DNA from: Podarcis filfolensis
Taxonomy: Eukaryota
Assembly: GCA_964270895.1 (NCBI GenBank)
Contig: OZ185449.1
DNA: 64,000 nucleotides
Reading direction: 5' to 3' (one strand)
The translations under genes were made by a program, and so were the position numbers. Numbering within the stretch: the first letter of the stretch is position 1; each line of letters begins with the position of its first letter. Shown here piece after piece: positions 1-12,609 of the stretch. Below the pieces are notes generated by a model. That model saw only the letters and a program-made list of their open reading frames with translations, was not told where the DNA came from and ran no database searches.

Positions 1-198
1 CTGTGGTTTGTATTTTTGTGTTTTTGAATTGTAAACCAACATGTGATCTTTGGATGAAGGGTGGTACAGAAATTTAATAAATAATAATAATAGTAATAAA
101 CTGCTCTAGCACAAGATTTTACAGAACAACACCAGCAGTTGTTTTCTATTCTGCTCACAGTTCATTACATCCATTCTAATATCAGTGTTTCTGTTTAG

Positions 199-232
199 AT
201 AGAGGAAGCAGAGAAGTTTTCACATTTTACAG
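199..232 (+). CDS. XIAP: XIAP short linker exon ([11 protein letters not shown] + 1 nt)
   Basis: ctgtttAG|ATAGAG...TTTTACAG|GTATGG. The 34 nt give a phase 0 to 1 exon that completes the Asp codon of the next exon; the protein sequence is poorly conserved. Confidence 0.7.
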
Positions 233-3200
233 GTATGGATACAATTGTTTGTAACTGTCCTGCTCAGTTTGCAACTCAGTAAGCCTAACAACGGTCACCA
301 GGTCTTCAGTAAACTAAACTTCCTGTATTTGTTTGTTCTCTTCCTCTCCTTGGATTTGTAAGGGAGATGGCAAAACCACAATCAACATTACCATAAAAAT
401 CTGGTTGGAGCATAGAAAGATTCTCCTCCTCAAAGAGAGACTTTACATTCCTGCAGTGGAGTCTTTTCTAGTCCCAAAGGAAATCTGAAATACAGTTTGC
501 AGCAAGGAGCACTTGGGGAAGAGGGAGGGCAGGTAAAGGCAATGAATGAGTCTTGCTAAAGTTTAAGCAGAAGATAATAGAGAGGAGCCAGCTCCTGTGT
601 GAGTTCCTGGGAATAATGCATCTGGGAAAAATGGCATAGAGCAGCCTCAGAATTTGAGTCTGAAAAGATGAACGAAATTGGGATGTGATGTGCACCTAGC
701 AGAAGGAAAATTTAGCAGATAGCCTCACCTGAACTTGAAAAGTCTTTCCAACAAATGATTTGGACCTGAGTGTCCTCACATAACAAAAAGCATAGATCGT
801 GTAGTTCTTGGGCCAGCCTGACTCATGTCAACTAAGTGTCATGCCACAGGACTAGAGCTCAGCCATTAGGGCACTCTAGGAGCTCTACCTGCACTTCAGG
901 AAACTTTATCATTCCGGTTTTAATCTTACATGTATCTGAACAATGATAAGTTGTATTGTAAACTATGTTTTCCATTAAGTATTTTAAAAGTAATTCAGTA
1001 TATCAGGACACCTGCTGTATTTTTATCTCAGTTAATTTCCTTGCTTTGATTATATTTTCATCTCCTGGTTTTGCAGATGAGGAACTTTTACAGAACCAGC
1101 TGGTACAGAATGCAATGCACATGGGTTTCAGCCTGGATGAAATTAGGAGCACTGTGGAAAGGAAATGCCATCTGTCTGCAGAGGGCTACAGATCTATTGA
1201 GACATTGGTCACTGACTTAATCAGTGCCCAAAGAGATAATAACCCTAGTGCATCCTGGGAAAGCACCTTGCAAAAAGGTGAGCTCAGTATATGTCCAAAG
1301 CATATATGGGAGTTGAGAACAAGAAAAGTTGCTCTGGATGGGATATATTTTTGCTTGAGGGCAGAGTGTTTGCTCATGGATACATGTAGTGGGGTTTCGG
1401 TGACCAGAATTTTGGGCAGCAGCACCCTTCCAACATTTTATTACACATTACTCCATTGACTGACTGCTTTGACAGCTGTTTCCTATCTCTTTTTTGGTAT
1501 GCTCTTGGTGTTCACTGATTTATCATTTTTAAAATACTTGTCCTGCTATTCCATTTAACATTCCTTCTGATGTTGGTCTAGGAAGACCCAGATGCTCAGT
1601 ATGTTGTTTAGAAGTTTGTTGGGGGGGTCAAGATTTAATTTTAGAGATGCATTAATTTTGCTGCTATTATGCATTTGGATTTTTTATTGTTAGACCTTGT
1701 GTATTACTTGAGGATTGCTTGGTTTTATTGTATATTTATCAAGATGTTTTCGTCAGTTCATTGTTGTTTGATGTATGTATAATATGTAACTGTTAGAGGA
1801 TTATACATTTCTGTTGTTTATTTTTTGCTGTTGTAAGCCACGTTAGTATGGTTTGACTATGGAAAGATGGCATACAAATTGGTGATCGGTTAAATAATTC
1901 CCCTTTTTGGTAATCTTTGGATAATTTTCCTTTGTTTCTACAAACATGATGATAAGCAAATATTGTTACCGCTTTTGCTTTATAGTTTAAAACAAAATTT
2001 ATTTATTTTAAAAAAAACATAAATTGGCAGGTGTACAAAACATTTTGTATGCCAAATTACTTTGCATAGTCTCCAAAGAGTTAGGCTGGTAGTTTTATCC
2101 TCATAATGTGGGGGTAAATTAGTTGTTGCTTTGTTTATTTAATGTACCTTTCACCCAGTCTTCCAGATAATTTTCAAGTTGATTTCTAAACATAGAATCA
2201 AACAATAGCTAAGGCTGCAATCCTAATCCCATTTACCTGGGAGTAAGCCCCACTGAGGGACGTGGGTGGTGCTATGGGTTAAACCACAGAGCCTAGGACT
2301 TGCCGATCAGAATGTCGGCGGTTCGAATCCCTGCAACGGGGTGAGCTCCCGTTGCTCAGTCCCTGCTCCTGCCAACCTAGCAGTTCGAAAGCACGTCAAA
2401 GTGCAAGTAGATAAATAGGTACCGCTCCGGCGGGAAGGTAAACGGCGTTTCCGTGCGCTGCTCTGGTTTGCCAGAAGCAGCTTAGTCATGCTGGCCACAT
2501 GACCCGGAAGCTGTACGCTGGCTCCCTCGGCCAATAAAGCGAGATGAGCGCCGCAACCCCAGAGTCGGCCACGATTGGACCTAATGGTCAGGGGTCACCT
2601 TTACCTTTACCTTTTAAGCTCCACTGAATTCAATTGGAGTTCCTTCTGAATAGACATGATAAGATTGTGCTGTAAATTAGCTATCTCAGTGAAAAGAACA
2701 AGGAAATAGGCAAGGAAAAAAGCTCTCAAATGGACTGTAGCTACAAAACACAAAATTATTGTTTGCTGAAAGGTTGGTCAAAAAACAGTTGACCTGGTGC
2801 TATGTTATTTTCCCTTTGATACAGGAGTCTGTCCTCCACTGATCTAAAGACTAACTGGCTCTCTGTTCTTTTTGTTAAAGAAGTGAGAAAAAGTGATTTA
2901 GGGACAGTTTATTGTCAGCAGTTCGAAACTTAAACTGAGGATGACTACTCTAGTAAAATTCCAATGGAATTTTAAAAGGCATCCCAATAAACAAAAATAT
3001 GAAAGGCAGTATACTAGGGACAGAGGCTAGAAAACCTGGTAAATGAGGACAGTTGCAGCTATTTAAAGGTTCACAACTTGCACTCTTGGCCAATATGCCA
3101 CATCAGCTTAATTTAAGTTGTCAGCTGTCTCTTTTTTTATCAATAGTTGTCATATTTGTTTAAGGAGGGAAAACATTTCAAGAAATTTTTGTAACTTTCT

Positions 3201-3407
3201 GTTTCCTTCTTAGATCTCAGTGCTGAAGAGAAATTAAGAAGTTTGCAGGAAGAAAAGCTTTGCAAAATCTGTATGGATAAAACTATCTCAGTAGTCCTCA
3301 TTCCTTGTGGACATCTTGTTGCTTGTAAGGACTGTGCTGATGCGGTTGACAAATGTCCTTTGTGTTGCACAGTTATTACAAAAAGGCAGAAGGTATATAT
3401 GTATTAA
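199..3407 (+). CDS. XIAP: XIAP (BIRC4) E3 ubiquitin ligase, 3' part: last three coding exons, 5' end outside window
   Basis: Exons 199-232, 1077-1277 and 3214-3407 have canonical AG/GT ends and join in frame. They encode a UBA domain and a C3HC4 RING closely similar to the vertebrate XIAP C-terminus, and the gene lies upstream of STAG2 as in mammals. Confidence 0.96.
1077..1277 (+). CDS. XIAP: XIAP UBA-domain exon
   Basis: tttgcAG|ATGAG...CAAAAAG|GTGAGC, 201 nt; [52 protein letters not shown], with the MGF UBA motif. Confidence 0.95.
2257..2614 (+). mobile_element. Full-length Sauria SINE (Squam1), lacertid type
   Basis: tRNA-like head with A and B boxes (GGTTCGAATCCC), (TTTACC)n tail, and 13 bp TSD TAAGCCCCACTGA / TAAGCTCCACTGA. 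Confidence 0.9.
3214..3407 (+). CDS. XIAP: XIAP terminal exon, RING finger
   Basis: ttcttAG|ATCTC...; [64 protein letters not shown]. Confidence 0.97.
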
Positions 3408-5342
3408 TAAAACCATCATACTATGCAACTGGAAAACTCCTACCATTACAGATATAGATTGACTGCATATGCAGTGTTAATATGTAAATGGTTTTAAAGA
3501 AAATTAAGCTTAAATTGAATGCACTGATTTACTCTATGAATTATGTAGCTGCTAAATTGTGTGTACTTTGACTCACTTTAGTCCTGATGTCCTGACCCCG
3601 AGAGCCACAATGTATGTAGAGGCATCAGAAAGCTGTCCTGAGATGGTATATAGGGCAATATTTAGTTATGTCACCCACCACCACCTGCAGTCTGAAGGGA
3701 TACAGCTCAAGCAGAAGCTTACTTCCTCAGTAAGAACTAGGTTAGAGTTGCCCTGAGGTCTAGCCAAAGTTTTGTCCCATGAATGGCAAAGTGTTTGAAG
3801 AATGTTTCACACCAGGGCAGAGAGAATCAGTAGATCGACATTATTTTATAACGATTAGGATGCAGTGGCAAGTTGATTGCACTTCATGTGTCTTTGTCAT
3901 AGAAATGGAAAGCACATTATATCTCTACAACATTCAGTTTTCATAATGCATGTACATAAATAATTTATGTTGTTGCTTTATGTCTAGACCTTCTAGGATG
4001 TTTGGGGAGTTTCAGAACAATAGCTTTTTGTTGGTGTTTTTAACTCTAATGACTCTTTAGTCTCCAGTTGAGAGTTGAATTGCTGATGGGGAACCTCACC
4101 TATATGTCAGAAGGCTTATTCCAGTGATTTGAAGGAAATAGTAGAAAATTAATCCTATTTTGTACAATTTGTATTTCAAAATATTTACATCTACTAGTGT
4201 TAAATGTCAGGTGGTTATGTTTCCCCTTCCACCAGCTCACTTATTATATTTGTTACTAGTGTCTCATTCTTGTTAACTTTGCAAATGGATTTGTTGAATT
4301 TTGCCATTCTGTAGATCTATATTTATGTGTGACACCTTACATGCGTAAATCTATATGATTTGGGCTTTTTACATTAAACTGCAACATTACAGCTGCAGTT
4401 CTACCTAAGTTCTATATTTGGAAATGCTGTTGACTTTATTGGGAGTTACAAAAGAGCATAGGATTGCAATATTTGGGCTTGATTTAAAACACTGTTAGGA
4501 CCATTCCCTTAAGTTGCTAGAAGGAGCAGCATGGTGGCACAGATAAGTCTCTGAGCCCCAGGGCTGGCAGCAAGTTTTTGTAGTAGCTGTAGGGCACCAT
4601 GCCCTGCTGCTCTGTGGAACTGCATTGTGGAACAGGCTTTAAATGTATTTGCTAGTTGATCTGAAAACAATCCAAAGGATAAATACCTCCAAGATGTGCA
4701 GTAATCAAATAGGCTTTTGTATAACATTTGATTTCCCACTTACTTTAGAGTTATCTACAAGTCACATGTTTTGAATATGATTCACATTGGTTAAGCTCAG
4801 TCAACCTAATGCTGTTGTTCATTGTAGTTTGTGTAAGAGCACACAGCCTATCAACATTAATTAATACTGTGCAGCGGCACTGCTAGTTAAATTATACCCT
4901 TCATTGGTAATTTATCCATCCTGATGGTTATATCTTTGTAGCTTTCATTCTTATCCATTTGTGTTTGCATCATAATGAGAATATGATCTGTATCCAAAAG
5001 GGATATCCACAGCATTTATTCACCCTCTCCACTTCTTTCACTTTATTTTAAAATATATTTTTTTAATTTTATTACAATTGATAGCAGGTTTAAACTATGT
5101 ATATTTTGTGGACAATATTGAAACACACTTATGCAAACAAATAGGTTTGGAATCTAACTGTATAATGAGTTTTGATTGTAAATATTGTTGATCTATAACT
5201 ATAAAATAATGGTTCACCACCATCTGGATTGAGTGGAGCAAATATATGCCAATGTCTTGACAGGTGATATATTTTTTTTAAAGTAGTATAATCATGTAAT
5301 ATAATCTTAGTACTATTTTGCAGTTCAACTCTGACGATTTTT

Positions 5343-5348
5343 AATAAA
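5343..5348 (+). terminator. XIAP: Candidate XIAP polyadenylation signal (3' UTR about 1.95 kb)
   Basis: AATAAA followed by U-rich sequence, at the end of an AT-rich stretch downstream of the stop codon. Confidence 0.45.
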
Positions 5349-5828
5349 GTGATTTTATATTATATATTGAAATTTATTTCTCACATTCATAAGGGACACC
5401 ACAAATAAGTCGGACTCCTGTCTTTTCTCTTCCCCTTCTTATTCTTTGGATACAGTAGAGTTGAGAATATTAGTGCCTCAGTTAGAGTTACCATCTCACT
5501 TCCCATCAAAGAATTCATACAGGGGAGAACCACATCAATGCTTGGAATGTGGAAGGAGCTTCAGCTTAAAGCAAAGTCTCACTAGGCGTGAAATAATTCA
5601 TGATGGAATGAAACTATAAAAGCAGTGATTGCTGGCAGTCACTGAATCAGAGACGGCTGTGCTACAAGGTGTGAATCTACACCCATACGTGTTTCCAGCA
5701 CTCTTGTATATCCCTAGGCACACTCCTAACAGGTTTAGAATCTTACTGGAGTTAAAACATGCATCCACTATAAATATGTGTTTCTGTTCTTATCCTTATG
5801 CCCCATAAAGATGTTGCACACACCAGAG

Positions 5829-6023
5829 CAGGTATCTTCAGCCTTGTCAGACCCAGGACCCACTGTTAACCCAAACATGCATTTGGGGACCCATTTATTA
5901 ATCTTCTACCATATATTTGTATACTGGTAGTGGTCCTCTTGCACCACACCTTGATTATACCCTTTAATCAGATTGTGACCCACTGGTCGCAACTGGTCCC
6001 AACCCACCAGTTGAAGACCACTG
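5829..6023 (+). mobile_element. hAT MITE family A, copy 1
   Basis: Ends CAGGTATCTTCAGC / GTTGAAGACCACTG; TSD CACCAGAG / CCCCAGAG. Confidence 0.8.
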
Positions 6024-7049
6024 CCCCAGAGGAATAAAGAAAGATTGGTTTATTATAATAAATGGAAGTGATAGCATATACAGCTGCTGTTTTCAGGCAG
6101 CAAGCTTACAATAAAAGTCGGTAGCAAATTGGGCAGCATGCACACCTTGACCATGAGGTTAAAAATAATCCCTGTACTATCCTAAAGAAAGGTGTGGAAT
6201 GGGTATATCTGTCCTAAAGAAAGTAGAACCTGTTAGGGATCATAGGTCTGTAGCTTTGGTCTGGAGTTCTGCTCTTCTCAATAGCCTCAGCCTGCAAGAC
6301 TACAGCATCCCTCTCAGCCCTTTGGTCCATGTCCAGCAAGGCATGAAGCAGGGAATTCCACTGGAGCTTTGAACTACCCAACTATTGAGAATCAGGGATT
6401 AAAGTATTATTTGGAGCCAACGTATCCTTATGGGAAAGGGATGAGTGAGGGTTATAACAGCTTTATTTTTTAGTACCATTGTTTGTTTCCTACAAGTTCC
6501 TGTATGTTTACTATTTTGAAGTTGAAAGGAGAAGATGCTGGTTATATTATATTTCTCCTGTTTCATGAGTTTACCATTGGAGGAAGATTCTGTAGTCTGT
6601 GGAGAATGCCATTCTTTCCCACAGGAGGTGATAATTAAATTTTGCTGGTAACACAGGATTAGTGTACTGAGGTTTACATTAAGCTTTAGGAGGTCAGGAT
6701 ATTTACCCATATATTCCAGAACACATCACAAGTTACAATTTCTAGTGTTGGTTCATGCCACGATAGCCATACATTACTCAGAAATACGCCCCACTGAATT
6801 CAGTAGAGATTGCTTACTTACTAGTATGACTAGGGTTGCAGCTTGAATAGGCTAGTCCTACCAGTGTCGCACAGAACTTTTAACAAGTTACCCCATCTGT
6901 TTCTAGAGCAATGGGAAATTATTTCCCCAAGGATCCAGTTTATTCATTCCTTCGACATCTTTCCAGCCATGGCAGGCACTGTAACTTTCCCAGTGGTTTG
7001 ACTTTACCCTCAAAGGTGCACTCCTCCATTGTCTCCTGAGAAAGACTGA

Positions 7050-7690
7050 TGCCAACCAGTGACAGTAAAAACAACACAGCCCCAGCCCTTTCATTAAAAG
7101 CATTCAGGTTCCCAAAAGGCTGTTGGAACAAGAAAGTCTGCTGGCAGAAGGACAACAAGGAGGAAGTAAGTCTAGCTTCTCCAGGGAGGGCATTCCAGAG
7201 TCTGGGATCAACCACCGAGAAGGTCCTCTTCCACATCCCTACCAAGGGTGGCTGTGAAGGTGGCAGGACCAGGAGAAGGTCCTTCCCCAAAGATCCCCAA
7301 ACCCAAGTAGGTTCATATGAGGGAATATGGGCATTCAGATAGCTTGGACCCAAGCCAAATAGGGCTTCATAGCTCATAACCAGCATTTTGAATTCTGCCT
7401 GGAAACAGACTGGAAACAGGATGACTCAGCTGGTTAGAGTGTGGTGCTGATAATGCCAAGGTTGCAGGTTCGATCCCTGTATGGGACATCTGCGTATTCC
7501 TGCATTGCAGGGGGTTGGACTAGATGATCCTCAGGGTCCCTTCCAATTCTATGATTCTAAGACTGGTAGCCAGTAGAGCGATTATAAGAAAGTTGAATGC
7601 TCCCTATAACCACCCCCTTTCAAAAATCTGGCTGCAGCTCTTTGAGCAAGCTGGAATTTCTGTGCACTTTTCCACATAGAGCAAATTACA
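7050..7690 (-). mobile_element. L2 LINE 3' fragment, interrupted by a SINE; boundaries approximate
   Basis: The ORF 6940-7386 peptide SYEALFGLGPSYL...TFSVVDPRLWNALP...TFLFQQPF is a typical L2 ORF2 C-terminus. Confidence 0.8.
7419..7558 (+). mobile_element. tRNA-Ile-derived SINE with CR1-like 3' tail (Squam2-like)
   Basis: The head resembles tRNA-Ile (TCAGCTGGTTAGAG...GTGCTGATAATGCCAAGG...GGTTCGATCCC). The tail GGTCCCTTCCAATTCTATGATTCT matches the CR1 3' end at 13760-13790. Confidence 0.8.
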
Positions 7691-7902
7691 GGAATCAAGA
7701 GAGGATGTAGCCAAAGTGTGTGTGTCCCTGCCCATCTGCATAAGTCTTTAAAGGGCTGCTTGGCTATTGTTTGTTTCTGCTATAAATCATTCTGTGTTCA
7801 CTACCTTTTGATCTTTAGGCGCTAAGCAGAAACATCCTTCTTCTCATAGGCCTGTTATTTTATATTGTAAACTGCCCTGTGATCCTCACATGAAGGGTGG
7901 TA

Positions 7903-7948
7903 TAGTAGTAGTAGTAGTAGTAAGAAGAAGAAGAATAAGAATAAGAAT
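7903..7948. repeat. Compound microsatellite (TAG)n(AAG)n(AATAAG)n
   Basis: Read directly; it follows an L2-type tail. Confidence 0.9.
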
Positions 7949-8910
7949 GGGAGCCTAGTAAGTTTGAAATAAGCATAGATATCACCCTTGTATTTGATGC
8001 TCTGCTGAGAGCAGAGGAGAGATACAGCACTCCTCCACCAGCCTGCTCTCTATTATCTGCATGCAATTCTTCATCACCTGTGGCTATCAGATTAGTGCTT
8101 AAATACAAGGCTTGTTTATTTGTTCGTGGGTTGCTATATCCTTTGACTGCACCTTCAGTCTGCCAGCCTTGATAATCAGCCAAGAAAAGTTCATATAAAC
8201 TTTTGACTCCCCACCCCGCCTGTTCCTATGCATGAATATTAAAATGCCCTTGTTATAAATTTTAAAGAACATTCCATATGAACTTGACTTCCTTCCCCCC
8301 CCCCTCAGTGGACTGAAATGTGAAGTCAATATTAATATTTAGATTTTATGTACAGTCGGCTCTGCTTTGTAGCTCTGCTGTCATCAGCTCTTGCAATAGA
8401 TTCTTATAATCTTCAAAGGCTAGGATTTCAGCTTTCATAGAAGCGGGCCTATTATTTTGCAGGCACAGTTATATGGATTCAAAATCTCAGTGTTGCAGAA
8501 ATGCTTTTGATGGGTTTGAAGCTTGTATGTTATGTAAAGTTAGCTGTCTTATTCACAGCTTGAAATTGCAGGGGACAGAAAAAGGACAAATTTCTCCTAA
8601 TGAAGCTCTAATGCAGCATTCCAGTAACTTTTTTAAAAAAATCCTCTTTCTTTTTACCCGATTTATATTTATGAAATAAAATATATCCTTCCTACAAAAA
8701 TGCATTGCTGTTGTTTTTCTAAGTACTTTCCAAACATCTGTACCAGCACGACAACATTTACAGCACAAGCCAATGCATGTCTACTCAGAAGTAAATCCCA
8801 CAATGTTCAGTGCAGTTTAAGGCTGAACAGTCAGAAGACCTCAGATCAGGTTAGATGCATTCATATCCAACCTTCCTCTAAGGAGTTCAGACAGTACCTA
8901 GTGACTGGTC

Positions 8911-9000
8911 CATAGCTGTCAACTTTTCCCTTTTCTTGCAAGGAATCCTATTTGGAATAAGGGAATTTCCCTTAAAAGAAGGGAAACGTTGACAGCTATG
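8911..9000 (+). mobile_element. 90 bp MITE family B, copy 1
   Basis: 13 bp TIR CATAGCTGTCAAC; TSD GACTGGTC / GACTGATC. Confidence 0.85.
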
Positions 9001-9819
9001 GACTGATCCAAGGTCTCATTGTGAACTTCTTGTCTGGGGGCGGGGGCTGAATCTGGGTTTTCCTAGTCCATGGGAACCTGTTCCAACTCCAGCTTACATC
9101 AGCCTGGCCAATGGTCATGGTTGATAGGAGTTGCAGTTCAACACCACCTAGAGGACCACAGGCTCCTGACTGCCTCTGCAGCAATCTGCATGGTGATGAA
9201 GAGGCAGCCTTGTGTATGGAGTCAGTATCTTGAATGACCTCTGCAAAAGGCATTGGGTCCCTTTCCTCATTCAGTGGCACTCAGTGGTGAAAGTTCTCAG
9301 CTCGGTGCTGAAGCGCCTCTAGATGTAGGGCTACTTCCAGTCAGAAGGATGATGATAACCATAACTCTTCAGTTTGCTGACACCAGCTTGCCACATAAAT
9401 TAAACCACGCCAGCCCATTCCTTTCTAGTGTTACTAGCAAGGATTAGAGCCCAAATGGGGATGGCTATTGAATCGCTCGCTAAAGGGGCAAGGAGAACCA
9501 TTTTGGATTCAGAACACAGTGAACACACAAACTGGGTGAAAGCTAAATATTTCATTAAATACCCCACAGAAAGCTACAAAGTACCAGCATCAATGGGTGT
9601 GATGCCTGAGCTTGCTGGTACATAATGCTTTCTAGATAGCCCAGCCCGTGCAGAGCTTGTCTGAGACCCGGGGTGGCCATCTTGTTAGAATAAAGTTATA
9701 AACTCAAACAAAAAAACAGCCAGCAAACATAAGATGGCAAGGGAGTTCAGATAAACCAGTTTATTGCAACATCTCCAACACAGTATATCTTACATGCTTT
9801 AGAAACTCAAAAGTTAGTA

Positions 9820-10045
9820 GAGTGGTACCTCAGGTTACATACGCTTCAGGTTACACACTCCGCTAACCCTGAAATAGTGCTGCAGGTTAAGAACTTTGCT
9901 TCAGGATAAGAACAGAAATCGGGCTGTGGCAGCGCGGTGGCAGCAGGAGGCCCCATTAGCTAAAGTGGTGCTTCAGGTTAAGAACAGTTTCAGGTTAAGA
10001 ACGGACCTCCGGAACGAATTAAGTACTTAACCCGAGGTACCACTG
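9820..10045 (+). mobile_element. Tigger/pogo-like MITE, copy 1
   Basis: TIRs (C/G)AGTGGTACCTCAGGTTA / TAACCCGAGGTACCACTG; TA on both flanks. Confidence 0.88.
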
Positions 10046-10461
10046 TAATCACTAATCAATCATACCCAAGTACTGTGCAGCCTTTGGTCACACCGTTCAT
10101 CGTCTCATCAACTAGTGATCCAGATAAAAGATTGAATAGTTCAGTACTAGAAATAGAAGCACAAAGGGAACATTGGGAAGTTTGCTGTATGTTAATGCAC
10201 ATATAAGCATAAATATAAACTCAAGATACCTGCTTTCTAGATTTCTGTTCAGCAAAACACTCTATAATGGTATTTTGGTCGATAAGATCTGGGATAGAAT
10301 GTTCGATGCTGAGAACGAGAAGATCATTAAGGCGTTCATCACCCATGGTTGACTGAAGTGAGTTCCAACTCAAGATAACTCCAGCACCAGACATGTGGTT
10401 TTAACAGACTCTCAAGTCCATGAGATGCACCACCACCTAATCTGATCTGATGCTGCATGCA

Positions 10462-10599
10462 CAGGCCCTCCAAGTGTCCCTGTTTTCCAGGGACAGTCCC
10501 AGATTTACAGAAGCTGCCCCGGTTTCTGATTTGATCCTGGAATGTCCCACTTTTCCTTAGCACATCCCTATTTTCATCAGAGAAATGTTGGAGGGTATG
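10462..10599. mobile_element. Small MITE fused to an L2-like tail
   Basis: Imperfect TIRs CAGGCCCTCCAAG / rc CATACCCTCCAAC. Confidence 0.55.
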
Positions 10600-10790
10600 G
10601 AGTTATGCAAACCCCGAGCCAAGGAGATAAATAACTATACAACCTTTAGAAGACATCTGAAGGCAGCCCTGTATGGGAAAGTTTTTAAATGTTTAATGTT
10701 TTATTATGTTTTTCTATATGTTGGAAGCTGCCCAGAGTGGCTTAGGAAACCCAGTTGGATGGGCGGTGTATTATTATTATTAAATAGGGC
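10600..10790 (+). mobile_element. L2-like 3' tail repeat
   Basis: AGACATCTGAAGGCAGCCCTG...GCTGCCCAGAGTGGC...(ATT)n; a related copy lies at about 43650-43790. Confidence 0.6.
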
Positions 10791-12404
10791 ATCCTTATTT
10801 CCAGCAAAGAAATGTTGGAGGATATGCATGCTAGTATGCAGTAACAGAGGTCCAGATTTTACTATTGAAGCCTTGCAGCGCATACGGACAAGTATGAGCG
10901 TCTTGCTCATTAAGCCGCTGGTCAGCTGCGAGGCATGGGGAGTTCTTGGCAAGAGAGCGTAAGCCTCCAAGGCCAGTGTACTTGGCTGCCCTTCTTTTGC
11001 ACAGGCTTGCTAAGTTCATGGACTGTTTAGTCCATGGGAAATGAAAGTGTTTTAATCTACTTTGTTAAGTTTGCTCTGATAAGGATAATATTTTCTGACA
11101 AGGATGATATCTGATGTGGTTTCTTCCTGTTTTAACACCCTGATGCTTGGAAGCCCCAACCTTGAGACACTTCAGGAGCTGCTGGAAATAGAAGGTTTTT
11201 TAGGCTAACTGATAAAGGGGAAAGCCTCATAGAATAATTTCCTCCCTTTATATGGTGGCAGCGGAACATTGTGTTAGCTGGGGATTCCCTTCCTTCAGAA
11301 GGGATGGCTGGAAGTTGGTCATAACAATCTGCTTCCCATTTTGGACTGGTGCAAGCTGCAATTCTCCCTCCTGGCAAACTGGAACAATGGTAGTGTTGCT
11401 GTAGTTGTAATATTGCTTTATAATGGATATAGGCTTAAAGGTGATATAAAATGATTTAAAAACAACCAAAGCGGCTTTGTGTCTTGAAATTAAAAGACCA
11501 TAGAGGGTATCCTGGGCCCAATTTGTTAATTCATGAAAGAACCTTAAACCTGGTCTGGTAGTGTATGGGCAGTCAGCACAGTCTTAAGATAACTTGAACT
11601 TATTTCAGCTCAGATCCACCTTCGATATTAAACCAAAATAAATTTTTAAATCAAGCTATGCTACACTCATTATTTTCACAATGAAAAAAGGGGGGGGGAG
11701 AAATGACATAATCAAAGTAACACAAATATTGTGGAATTAAAAATGCAACTAGCCTTGCTCTCTGCCTTTTATCTTATTATAATTATTATCTTGTAAGTAG
11801 TGACTGACCCAAAGTGAGCTTCAGGGCTGGGTGGGAGATTTGAACCCAGGTCTCCCTGGTCCTAGTGCAACACTTAGGTAGCCTAGTCACAGTCATTATG
11901 AAAGTTCATCAATACACACAGCTGCCAGTCAATGTCAACAACACTAAGCAAGATGGACTAAGAATATGCTAGTGTCCTATGTTGCTATGCTGTGTGTAGC
12001 AAGCATCAGTTACTGTGTTATTAAGGGTGTAAGGTGATTTATCTGTCCAGAATGTTGGCGCTTCCTCGCTATTTAAATATCAAGTAAGTGCAACAAGTGA
12101 TCAAATTATCTGGTATTACCAGCTTAAAGCACTCAAAACACACAGTAGCTTTAATCACCCATGAATCATGTCAGGTCACAGTGTAATGACAGAGTAAGAG
12201 AGTTTCAAGGTGGAGTTGCTATATTCACATGCAACTTCCTTTCAACGGTGCGGAGTTTGGAAGCAATTGTTTTCAGCTGTTAGAGAAAGCTTCCTAAAGA
12301 TAGCACAATTCAGCAGTAACAGAATCAGATTCCACACGATAAAGAGAAAGCATCCTTTTATTAACTAATTTTCTTATGGGGGAAAAAAAATAAACCCTTT
12401 AAAT

Positions 12405-12582
12405 TTCTGGTCTTCAGCTTGTGGGTCAGAACCCACTAGTGGGTTGGGGCCCAATCCAATGTGGGTCACAACAGGAGCACTCCCTCCTGTGCAAATATAT
12501 GGCGAAATATTAAGAATTTGGTCCCCAAATGCATGCTTGGGTTTAAAGTTGGTCTTGGATCTGAAAAGGTTGAAGATATCTG
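12405..12582 (-). mobile_element. hAT MITE family A, copy 2
   Basis: Inverted relative to copy 1; perfect TSD CTTTAAAT. Confidence 0.82.
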
Positions 12583-12609
12583 CTTTAAATGAAGTGATGT
12601 GATTTACCA

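Noticed and set aside
965-1459. 164 aa stand-alone ORF
   Set aside because: It is the XIAP UBA exon read through into the flanking intron sequence.
7419-7495. tRNA-Ile gene
   Set aside because: The acceptor stem is degenerate and it continues into a SINE body with a CR1 tail; a second diverged copy exists at 55966.
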